From assembly GCA_002269645.1 (NCBI GenBank), contig NIVC01000006.1, forward strand, positions 310,001-374,000: 64,000 bases of DNA. Direction: 5' to 3'. Within the stretch, counting starts at the first letter, position 1; each line of letters starts with the position of its first letter. The stretch comes from Macrostomum lignano (lineage: Eukaryota). The translations under genes were made by a program, and so were the position numbers. The notes under the pieces were generated by a model. The model ran no database searches. It saw nothing but the letters and a program-made list of their open reading frames with translations, and was not told the DNA's origin. This document shows, piece by piece, positions 48,916 to 59,689 of this stretch.

Positions 48916-48964
48916 TTGAGAGCCAACACCCCAAGGCGCAGTGAAGTGTACATGCCTAACGATA

Positions 48965-49135
48965 AAATAAAGTTAGGGCCGCTGTACACTCCTGTGTGAG
49001 TGTGTGCCTGCGTACGTATCCGCGCGCTTATATGCCTGCTCAGGGGAGTCGGCGGAATGGGCAGTAATGCCTCTCGCCGGTTGTGTGACATTATGACAAT
49101 GTCGCTTAAAGTGCGCCAGGGTGCACACAACCCCC
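48965..49135 (+). repeat. Dispersed repeat fragment related to ~62430-62580
   Basis: Shared motifs GAGTG(T/C)GTGCCTGCGT, GCGCTT, CAGG..GCGGAAT and GCCAGGG(T/C)GC occur in the same order at both sites. Confidence 0.35.
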
Positions 49136-49211
49136 CTGCCTCTAATCTAAAAAACCCACTCAATTAGATCACCATATCTACCGCAGTATAAAATCAAATA
49201 TCCGCGCTCAC

Positions 49212-49650
49212 ATTCGTGCTCAAACTCCTCAGCATATTGCTGCTGCTGACGGTTCCTTCCCCTACGTCGGCCGCCGCTGCCGCCTCTGCCGTTAGCGGCC
49301 GGGCCATTGGGGCCAGCTCGGTCATCAGCAACAACCGGATTCTGCCACTCCTGTTCGGGCCGGTGGCTGCCAGCACTGGCACCGCCGTATGGATAGCCAA
49401 AACAGTACGGACGTCTAGCGGGGAACCCTGCATTGCCACAGTTTGGCTGTTGCTGTCTCTGCTGCTGCTGCAGATGCAGCTGCCGTTCTAGCCTGAGTCT
49501 TTCCCGCTCAATATCTTCTTCAGATATGCTTTGCTGCTGCAGAGGATCAGGACTATTTGACCACTGTGCGCCGCAGCCTCCCGCGCTGCCACCGCCACGA
49601 GGTTCACCGCGTCGGAGACGTGAATTGACAAAGGTTGTTGGTCTGTGCAT
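49212..49650 (-). CDS. Uncharacterised Gln/Gly-rich protein, upstream exon (start codon uncertain)
   Basis: ORF with a coiled-coil-like EEDIERERLRLERQL segment. Donor T|GTGAGC at 49211, phase 1, matches the acceptor at 48531. Confidence 0.6.
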
Positions 49651-49800
49651 TGTTGCCAGGGCCTTAGGCTGGCTTCATTAATGGAATTATGAAATGAAAA
49701 TTTGATTATATGTTTTGAGACAAATTGTGCTGTGAATTTTCAGATAAGGACTCATAAAGCCTCATTATTATTATTATTGCTAATAGGGAGGACCTACAAT

Positions 49801-50176
49801 CATAGATAAAGTATACATAGATTCCACCCCTACCCCCGCGGAGTGTCTAAATTGTGACCATCACTTTATTCACTGCGCTCCTATTGGCTGGGCCACGCTA
49901 TGCACATTGAGTCCACGTGTGTACATTCCCCCAACTCCGCTTTTCTATTATCTCCGCTTTAACTGTTGAAACTGGTAAGACATCCTTTCGTTCCGCGCAT
50001 TAAAGTTATAAAGCTTTCTTGTGTGGAAGGGGTGACGGAATGAAATCGAAGGTGTTGAAAGGAAGGCTTTCGCGCCAGCCAATGAGAGCACGGTGAGTTT
50101 TATGGTGGTCAAAGTTTGGACACGAGCGTGTGTACATTCTGGGCAGGGGTGGAATCTATGGTATACTTTATCTATG
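49801..50176. mobile_element. 376-bp MITE with CATAG-starting ~35-bp TIRs and 8-bp TSD CCTACAAT (P-element-like)
   Basis: CATAGATAAAGTATAC(C)ATAGATTCCACCCCT occurs at both ends, inverted; TSD at 49793-49800 and 50177-50184. Confidence 0.88.
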
Positions 50177-50984
50177 CCTACAATGCTTCAAGCTGCTGTA
50201 ATAGGCCTAAAACAATGTTGCATTGCCAATGTTGCCTCTTGGTAAAGACAAAGGTAGGCCCTAAACTCTATACCACAGAAAGCTAGAAAGCTTGATATCA
50301 GGTCAGGGACATAGGGGTAATGCATTCATGCTTTTAATATCTAAATTAATTTTAAGAAACCTACATTAGCTACATAACATTAACTAACAACAGTGACTTA
50401 CAATACAAGGCTTCTGCACTTTTATAAGAATACAAGGCTTTCATAAAGCTGAAACTAGCACCATCCATTTCGTAGAATTGTTACAAAGCTTAACAAAACT
50501 CATTTATCTTTTATTTTTTCTAGGCCTGTAATTAAAAACTGTTCATTTGATTTGAAGGATTTAAGAATGTCACTTCAAATAGAATTCTTTTCTGTTAAAC
50601 ACTTTAAGCTATGGATTAACCAATAATTAGTGATCAGTTGTGTACCACATGAGCACATAGACAAAAAGATAGATAGTTTTAAATTATTCAAGAATATGTA
50701 GGTACTAAGCTCTAACAAGGACTAATAGACTTTTACTAACTAGTGGTCCTTAATGCATAGGTGTGGTGGTAGCTACCTAGGCAGTCCTATACAATTATAT
50801 ATATGCTGTTAGGTGGCAGTGGAATAAGTGGGTAGATGAAATAATAATACCTACATAAGTCCCCACATGCCACACCATTTAGCATTTATGTAGGCTATTT
50901 TATTGATGCCTCACATAGAGTCCCTTAGATTGGCCATGTCAACAGATTGACCTATACCCTTGTTTTGCATAGATGTACATGTAT

Positions 50985-51276
50985 CATACATGCGCAACCT
51001 CGAAAATTCGGTCGGCCATGCGACTTAGTTTTAACAAAAATGCGACAGTTTTTGGCCAAAACTGCGACTTACATGTAAAAACCCTAAAGCAAAATTATCG
51101 CAACTTTGGGTAAACGGCAGGAGTAACTATGACTGTCTTACTAAGCCAGAATGCCTCGTCAGCTACTTAGTACAACCACTTGGGTATTTTTGGGTGGGCA
51201 TTTTTGTGACTTCTTTGGTTGGCCGCCAAATTGGTCGGCCGGATCGGCCGACTCGGCCAACTGTTGCGCATGTATG
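50985..51276. mobile_element. 292-bp MITE related to family A (CATACATGCGCAAC TIR), 8-bp TSD ACATGTAT
   Basis: Perfect 14-bp TIRs; TSD at 50977-50984 and 51277-51284. Confidence 0.88.
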
Positions 51277-52195
51277 ACATGTATCAACACAATAAATTGG
51301 CCTGGAGGGTTGATTGTGTGATTAATTCACACCCATGAGAACCAAACCCCAATGCACATAGTGAACAATAATGTCTGAAGATGCCTCTCTCAGAAAAAAC
51401 TTGCTAGTTTGCTAGCAATTCACTGGTGATTTGGTCATTTCATCTGCTAGCAATTTGCCAGCGAATTGCCGCCTTCTATTTGCCAGCATTTCACTGGCAT
51501 TTTGCAGGTGTTTTGCTAGCATTTTAGCTAATGTCTTGATGCATATTTGCAAGGAGTTGACTATTTAAAAAATGATTTTATAAGTTGTTATGATACTGTG
51601 GTAGTACTAGAAAGATTCTAATGCTAGGTTTAGAGTCAATTATTTACTAAATATAAAAAAGATATGAACATGAATAAATTATTGAATATAATATTTTTGT
51701 TTATAGTGAAGTTTTTTCATAGTCTCATAGCAGCTAGACAATGGAAAGATGAGCTTAAGCATTATAATACATTTTGATTATTTGTATTTGCCCATTTTAA
51801 ATAATTTAAACATTGCAAACAAGCAACAGTAGGAAATATCAAGACATAAAATACAGTTCTGGCTATTATAAGCCTATTAATATAGCTAGATAACCTGCTG
51901 CTAGAACACAAGCAAGCTGACTGATAGTTAGGTTGCCTGCCACCAGAACACTGTCAAGGTCAAGCAGACTGACAGAAAGCTAGATTGCTGGCTGCCAGAG
52001 CACTATTGCCTGGCATAGAATAGACTGACAGCTGGGTTGGTAATTTGGTTGCTACCAAAGCACTATTGACTAGAATTGAGTAGATTAACAGCTTGGTTTC
52101 CTGCTATGAGCACTAGGCCTATCAAGCAACTTATGGCATAGCTGTTGTGACAATGTTAAACATATACTTCAATAAATCTTTAACCATTTTCTTTA

Positions 52196-52371
52196 CATGC
52201 TTAGGCGCAACCTTGGGATTCACCTGGCCAGTTCTATTGGCAACACACACATGTAAGTCACTTTTGGACGGAATAGTAGTCATATGACTGTTCTCAGCAT
52301 AAAAGTGAAGCCTTATATTTGTGTGTTGCCAATAGAAATGGCCAACTGATTTCCAAGGTTGCACATGTATG
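52196..52371. mobile_element. MITE family A copy 3 (CpG-decayed), 8-bp TSD TTTCTTTA
   Basis: Colinear with copy 2; TSD at 52188-52195 and 52372-52379. Confidence 0.88.
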
Positions 52372-52721
52372 TTTCTTTAGATATATGATAATGATATATA
52401 ATTTGTAGACTCATTTTTAAGCTGAAAAGAATCAAAATTGTATATTTGTAGATGGCTTATCAATATATAGAGCAAAACAACAAAAAAACTTATATTATAA
52501 AGTATAAAAAATAGTTACATCAATATAACTTTTATATTAAATCATTGAAAAAATCTTATAGGGCCTACACAGAGACAGTTTAACATAGGCCCTATTGTTG
52601 TGGCATAGGCCTAGTTCTAGTTTACTTTGTTATATTATTTCATAATTCTACTTTACTTTGTTATATTAATTTCATGTATTTTCTTGCATCTGTACTCTTA
52701 CTACAACCCTTTCAGCTATAG

Positions 52722-52943
52722 GGCCTACTTCGTCTATACTTTATAAATCCGGCTGACCCAACAGTGCACACAAACCATATAGAGGGGACGTGGGCCCTCG
52801 TCAAGAGGCGCCTGCACGCCATGCACAAAACAAGCGACACGCTTTTTGAGGCCCATCTTGAGGAAAACATCTGGCGCCGCATGTACCATAACAACCCTTT
52901 CGACACCATGCTGTACTGGGCCTCTGTTTATTATCCTGTTTAG
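52722..52943 (+). pseudogene. Merlin / ISXO2-like (IS1595-family) DDE transposase C-terminal relic
   Basis: The plus frame reads FINPADPTVHTNHIEGTWALVKRRLHAMHKTSDTLFEAHLEENIWRRMYHNNPFDTMLYWASVYYPV*, matching the F.dP..g.HTn.IE..W..K..L.Ef.wR..F..YP signature. Confidence 0.8.
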
Positions 52944-53353
52944 GACTTGACTTGACCTTGAACCTGAAATTGAAATTGGGTAAAATAATTTAACGAAAAG
53001 CAAAATAATATAACAAAGTAAACTAGAACTATGCCCCTATGCCCTATTGTATTTAGGGTTTTGGGTTAACTATACAAGCCTAATCTAAATTTAAATAATT
53101 AATAATACTTTTCAATATGCATGCTATTATTATTAATATTACTAAAAAATAAATAGGCTAAAATGCTTACAATGAAACATACATCTTGGCTTGGCTAGGC
53201 CTAGGCCTAGCTTAATTTAATAAAGCCTATTATACTAGCATAACCATAGTTAGGAAATAAATTGAAGATATAACATTAAAATAAAAATAATAAATAGGCC
53301 TATCAAATAAACAGAACATAGGCCTATCTATAAAGAAGATACCAAGCAAAGAG

Positions 53354-53653
53354 GGTAATGGCTAGAGTTCCGGCGCCGGAACCTGTTTTCTAATGGCTAT
53401 GGATCCGGCAGTCTTCTGCAGGCAGTTATCTACTAATGAAGTCTTTGAACATTAGAAGTATCTTGTTTTGAATCTCATCGTTTTGTTTTGATCTTATCTT
53501 GAGCAAAATCCCAATATATCAACAACCCGTTAAAAAAGTAAAATGTTTCTGCTATATTATACCCATAAATTGCACTACTGGAATACCACTGCCGGATGGC
53601 GGATCCATAGCCGTTGGAAAATGGGTTCCGGTGCCGGAACTCTAGCCATTGCC
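53354..53653. mobile_element. 300-bp Merlin-type MITE, GG-terminal ~55-bp TIRs, 9-bp TSD AGCAAAGAG
   Basis: GGTAATGGCTAGAGTTCCGGCGCCGGAACC.. pairs with ..GGTTCCGGTGCCGGAACTCTAGCCATTGCC; TSD at 53345-53353 and 53654-53662. Confidence 0.88.
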
Positions 53654-54989
53654 AGCAAAGAGTCAAAGAACAACTAAGCCGCACTGCAAGCGCGCAATCT
53701 GCAGCTCGCTGTGAGGTAATTATGTTTTGAAAACATGTGTGGTAGGATGAGCTTCCCACTGACTTTTTGGAATTTTAATCTTCGTTCAGTTTCGGGTCGT
53801 TAATTTTTTTCCGTTGTCCCGGGTCTGGCCCTTCTCCGTCCACCTTATGGTGCTGCCCTACGTCACCCTTCCGTCATCTCCCGCTCCCTGGTTCTGGCCC
53901 TGCATGGGTTCCCCGGTTCTGGCCATTGTGCCCCTTTTTTGAACTTGTGTTTTTTGCCCATCTTCCCAGTGTTAATTTACTCTTGTTCATATTTATGATC
54001 TCAAGGTCCAGTTAAATTACTAAAGTTTCTTTTTCTGTTCAATCAACGCCATGAAATGTTCCGTTAACTACTATAAATTAAATATTACGCTGTGAGGACG
54101 TTAAATCGTGACCGTGTTTGTTCCTTATCCGTCTTTTTCTCCTTTACCGTGTTGGTTCCTTATCCATCTTTATCTCCTTTCCGTGTTTAGTTTAACCTTT
54201 GACGCATAGTAAATTCTCTCATTTGCATAGTTGATAATTTGTAGTCGCCCTCGCGGCACCATCGAATCATAACTCGTCGCATATTAATAATATTAATAAT
54301 AATTTAGCTAGTTTCATTTATTCATTTTAAAATACAGTGAACCAATTAATTTTCGTTGCTTCATTAATCAAGACCATAGTTTTCTTGAGTCATTTGCCCG
54401 TGGGGCGTAAAATCTCATCTCGAAGTCTCATCTCGAAGCAAGCTCTGAGACTTTTCAACGTTCCGTAATACGCAAATTACGGTGGTGGCAGCGCTACTCT
54501 ACTGTTAGTAACAAATCAAACATACGAAGTGCGTTGAATCTACGGTGTCTAAGGACCCGCCATCTGAACGCTCGCGCCAACTGAAGACCGCTCGCCTACG
54601 ATTAAACTACCCTCCCCCCAGAATTGAGGACCCCGGCAGACGGAGTATCTACGAGTTGTCTCTATCGGGATTCGTCCACGCAAATTTTCCGGATTTAATT
54701 CGTGCGAAATAACGACGGCGCCCATTCGAAGGCCTGAGCCGCTCAAATTCGACATTGGATCAAGTGAACACCTGACAATCCCCGACCACAACCAAGTCAT
54801 AAACCGCCCCCACCTCACATGCAGTCAGGTCATTTTTTCTTTGCAGCTATAACAAAGTGTACGTAAAGGAATATTTTTATGCCCTTGCTGTAAATTACAA
54901 AAGAAAAAGTTTTTGTTTATGTTTTTTTAAAAGTATAGCATTATTATCTACATATTGATTTTACCTTTCGATAAAATTTTTAAAAATGG

Positions 54990-56562
54990 TGCAGGAGGTC
55001 AGGAGTGAGGCTAGTCAGAGGTCAGGAGTGAGGCTAGTTAGAGGTCAGGAGTGAGGCTAATCTGAGGTCAGGAGTGAGGCTAGTCTGAGGTCAGGAGTGA
55101 GGCTAGTTAGAGGTCAGGAGTGAGGCTAATCTGAGGTCAGGAGTGAGGCTAGTCTGAGGTCAGGAGTGAGGCTAGTCTGAGGTCAGGAGTGAGGCTAATC
55201 TGAGGTCAGGAGTGAGGCTAGTCTGAGGTCAGGAAGTGAGGCTAGTCAGAGGTCAGGGGTGAGGCTATAGTCTGAGGTCAGGAGTGAGGCTAGTCAGAGG
55301 TCAGGAGTGAGGCTAGTCAGAGGTCAGGGGTGAGGCTATAGTCTGAGGTCAGGAGTGAGGCTAGTTAGAGGTCAGGAGTGAGGCTAATCTGAGGTCAGGA
55401 GTGAGGCTAGTCTGAGGTCAGGAGTGAGGCTAGTCTGAGGTCAGGAGTGAGGCTAATCTGAGGTCAGGAGTGAGGCTAGTCTGAGGTCAGGAAGTGAGGC
55501 TAGTCAGAGGTCAGGGGTGAGGCTATAGTCTGAGGTCAGGAGTGAGGCTAGTCAGAGGTCAGGGGTGAGGCTAGTCAGAGGTCAGGGGTGAGGCTATAGT
55601 CTGAGGTCAGGAGTGAGGCTAGTCAGAGGTCAGGAGTGAGGCTAGTCAGAGATCAGGAGTGAGTCTAGTCAGAGGTCAGGAGTGAGGCTAGTCAGAGGTC
55701 AGGAGTGAGGCTAGTCAGAGGTCAGGAGTGAGTCTAGTCAGAGGTCAGGAGTGAGGCTAGTCAGAGGTCAGGAGTGAGTCTAGTCAGAGGTCAGGAGTGA
55801 GGCTAGTCAGAGGTCAGGAGTGAGGCTAGTCAGAGGTCAGGAGTGAGGCTAGTCAGAGGTCAGGAGTGAGTCTAGTCAGAGGTCAGGAGTGAGGCTAGTC
55901 AGAGGTCAGGAGTGAGGCTAGTCAGAGGTCAGGAGTGAGGCTAGTCAGAGGTCAGGAGTGAGTCTAGTCAGAGGTCAGGAGTGAGGCTAGTCAGAGGTCA
56001 GGAGTGAGGCTAGTCAGAGGTCAGGAGTGAGGCTAGTCAGAGGTCAGGAGTGAGGCTAGTCAGAGGTCAGGAGTGAGGCTAGTCAGAGGTCAGGAGTGAG
56101 ACTAGTCAGAGGTCAGGAGTGAGACTAGTCAGAGGTCAGGAGTGAGGCTAGTCAGAGGTCAGGAGTGAGGCTAGTCAGAGGTCAGGAGTGAGTCTAGTCA
56201 GAGGTCAGGAGTGAGGCTAGTCAGAGGTCAGGAGTGAGGCTAGTCAGAGGTCAGGAGTGAGGCTAGTCAGAGGTCAGGAGTGAGACTAGTCAGAGGTCAG
56301 GAGTGAGGCTAGTCAGAGGTCAGGAGTGAGGCTAGTCAGAGGTCAGGAGTGAGGCTAGTCAGAGGTCAGGAGTGAGGCTAGTCAGAGGTCAGGAGTGAGG
56401 CTAGTCAGAGGTCAGGAGTGAGGCTAGTCAGAGGTCAGGAGTGAGGCTAGTCAGAGGTCAGGAGTGAGGCTAGTCAGAGGTCAGGAGTGAGGCTAGTCAG
56501 AGGTCAGGAGTGAGGCTAGTCAGAGGTCAGGAGTGAGGCTAGTCAGAGGTCAGGAGTGAGGC
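54990..56562 (+). repeat. 23-bp minisatellite (GAGGTCAGGAGTGAGGCTAGTCA)n, ~68 units
   Basis: Tandem array; GTGAGGCTATAGTC variant units occur in the 5' third. Confidence 0.97.
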
Positions 56563-56887
56563 CAGGCTATACTAGCTGAGAGAGCAAGAGATTGCACTGC
56601 GCACCTACTGCAAGAGCCAAGAGGGAAACTATTGATTTACCTCCTCCCCGATGAGAACCAATGAGCTCACAGATTAAAAGTTGACCAAGCAACAAGGAAT
56701 GATGGTGTACATTCTGCAGCACTTGTTGCGATGGAAATTTTCCTGATCCTGTACCCGCGGTCCGACAACCCCCAACCAAAAATTGTATGGCAACGAAAAA
56801 ACTTATAAAACCGGTAACAAGATAACAGAATATATAATTTCCGTTATCCAAAGTCATAACTGAAGCTGACAATTTTCAAGCCCAGAC

Positions 56888-57230
56888 ATGCTTCCTGTCG
56901 AACGCTTGCTGTTCGTCTTCTTGGCGAGCATCCTGGTGGTAGTGACGCTGTTGTTCTACCAAGCCACCGCATCCAGCTCAGGCCAAAATGAACGCTACTA
57001 CACTCAGGTGGGCACCGCTGGCGGCAACAGTTTCCCCCCAGCATTCAAAGTGCTCGAAGGCAGCAGCATTCGTTGCTCGATCTGGTGCTGGCAGACGCCG
57101 AGATGCCTCGGTTTCTACTGGACGGTGAGCTCGATGCTGTGCCAGCTGTTTAACGCTTCGGTCTACTACTGGAAACCGTCGTGGGGTGCCATTGCGGACC
57201 AGCAGAGCGAGTTCTACATGTACAACGCCA
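56888..57230 (+). CDS. PAN/apple + F-type lectin protein, exon 1 (signal or anchor peptide plus PAN module)
   Basis: Hydrophobic N-terminus; SIRCSIWCWQTPRCLGFYW..MLCQLF has the PAN C-x3-C-x5-C..C spacing. Donor A|GTGAGT at 57231, phase 1. Confidence 0.8.
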
Positions 57231-57624
57231 GTGAGTATTTCTTGTTCATAGATAGCGCGTGCGGATGTTCATAGATAGCGCGTGCGGACTAGCTGTACCT
57301 ATGGGAGCTGAGAAATGAAGATGATTTCGCCTCCAGTTTAGGGAGTTCGGCCTTTGACTATTAACAAAATGACTTACAGAAGAAGTTCATTTTTAACAAG
57401 ATATTCTCTGTTTAAGGCTACAACTGTATAACAGAATCTTCCGCGGCATCAATTGAAGACTTGTGTCTGGTAATTAGAAGCCGTCTCCGGTTGAAACGCC
57501 TGCTTCATGTGACGGGGGATGCCGCTTCTTCCTCAACAATTATTTCTAGGACTCGTTTTTAGGAAAATTCGATGTTACTTAAATTAGATTTACAGTAAAC
57601 CTCATTTCGCGCGTCTCATTTCAG

Positions 57625-58028
57625 CTCCTCAGAGGCTGCATTTCTTCAACTGCAGCCAGATTTCAGCGGCCTATAGTGCCTTTTGCACACGAGCCATGGA
57701 CAACAACACGAATACGCATTTTTTTGATGGAGGTTCTTGCATTCACACCAACAACGAGATCAAACCGTGGTGGGAGGCCGATCTCGCCCAAACAGCCGTT
57801 ATCGTCTACGCCACCATCTACAACAGGATTGACATGTCCCCAGAGCGACTGAACAACTTTGAAATATTGGTTGACAACGTTTTCTGCGGTCGAGTGAACG
57901 TGACGCAACACTTTGTTGTGACCAACGTGACCTGCGGCTTGACCGGAAGCAAAGTTCGACTGGTGAGCCAACTCACCGAACACCTGACCATGTGCGAGTT
58001 CGAGCCTTACGGGTTCTACATTCAGTGA
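57625..58028 (+). CDS. PAN/apple + F-type lectin protein, exon 2 (fucolectin domain)
   Basis: Acceptor ctcatttcAG| at 57624, phase 1. RAMDNNT..GSCIHT..PWWEADL..YNRID..ERL..LTMCEFE contains an intact H-x26-R-x-D-x4-R fucose-binding motif; 248 aa total. Confidence 0.85.
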
Positions 58029-59689
58029 GGAAGGATCGCTGCTGATGAAGTATTTGAGTTTCACTCGAGCTCAATATAGTCTATATAATAGCTGAACTGG
58101 AATGTGACAGGGTCTCCTTAAGTTTAAGTTATGAAATGAGGCCAATACAGCTCGTAATTTCGAATAGGACTTAACGCATGTTTAAAGGGCTTTAACGGCT
58201 AATGCAGCTGCTAGCTACCTGTAGAGCTTTTGAGGAGTGAAATCTGCATGCCAGAATCGATTCATGCCTCAATTTGTGAGGGGTTTGTTTGCTTTCACGA
58301 GCGCAATGAAGGACGATATGAGCAATTCTTAGCACTTTTTGTAAGCGGCCAGTGCAATTAAAGATCAAAACCAAAGCGCTAATGAAAGTTTAGGATTTAT
58401 AGTTTGAATATTTTATATTTTAGGGACTTCCCTATTCTAAACTTATGGGATGAATGGAAAAAATGTTGATTGTGCGGTATATGAAAAAATATGGCTCTAA
58501 AATGGAATTGGCGATAGCGATGGGTCTCAGGAAATGAAATTGATATGCATGGCGATCGGAATATTCGCGAGTTTTTTAACTTTTATAAACATTTAAATTG
58601 CTATTTAGACTTCTTATTATGTTTTTTAAGGTTCATATAATATTCCTTTCTAATTTAAGTTTATACTTTCTCTGATTTTTTAGATGTGTGTAATGTTTTT
58701 TCTTCTTTTGTAATGAAACAGCCAGCTAGTCGTAAAAAGTTGTTTTGATACAGGCACGTCAATTTACGGTTTACGATTGTTTTTTTGTTTTATAACTCTT
58801 AATTTTTGTTATAGCTTTATGGGTGTTTTTTCAAAAATTAAAAGCATATTTTAGAAAGCCGAATTAAGTTGGATTGTTCAAGGGCTACGCTTGTTAAATT
58901 TACCTGTGTTTTTTAGATTTGCTGCTTCACCTGAACCAAACATTAGCTATACTGTACACGTTACATGTAAGTACTGTAAATGCATCCGGAATTTTGTTAT
59001 TATTTTATAATATACACGCTAGCTTAGCTTTGACGCTTAGCAAGATCTTATTTTTCCATCGCGGTTCTATTTAATTATAGTTTTTTGCTTGATGATGAAT
59101 TATTTATTAACTTCCTGCATGCCTACAGTCAACATAGCTATAGCTTGCAGTTATGATCCGCATGTGCGGAGGCGGTTTATTTTTAATTGTTTATTAATAA
59201 AACAATAACATATATTAATTAATTTTTGCAAACCCCGCCAGGGTGTGGGGGGTCACTCGTGCCTCAGTCCTCGTCCCTTGAGGATGACTAGTTCCCAATC
59301 CAAGCAAAAAGTCTATATGCTAACACTATAACTATCAGGATGGTATATATATATGCGTTGGGTGCCTGCATTGCCAGCAACAGCTTTATGGGGGCATCCA
59401 GCTCATAAATGCCTGTCAACTGATAGCACGGATAATCAATTAAGTTTAAAAAAATTTGCCCAGAGTCAGAGAGTCAATTGTCAGGTCTTGCCGAGGCTAT
59501 CTCTCGTCTCTTTCCTAATTCTACCCTCATGCATGCAGCAGTATGAAGCCGCGCCAGACCATGCAGTTGCTTTTTGGCATCCTTAATTGGCTTCGGCCCC
59601 GTGTTAGACCTGCATGGACTGTGGATCTCTGTATATCTGGATTGGAAGCCCACCTGTAGCCAAATAAAAATATTATAATGTCCTAAAAA

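Noticed and set aside
54470-54500. TGGTGGCAGCG as a Gypsy primer-binding site
   Set aside because: It is not preceded by an LTR-type CA end, and no gag/pol follows.
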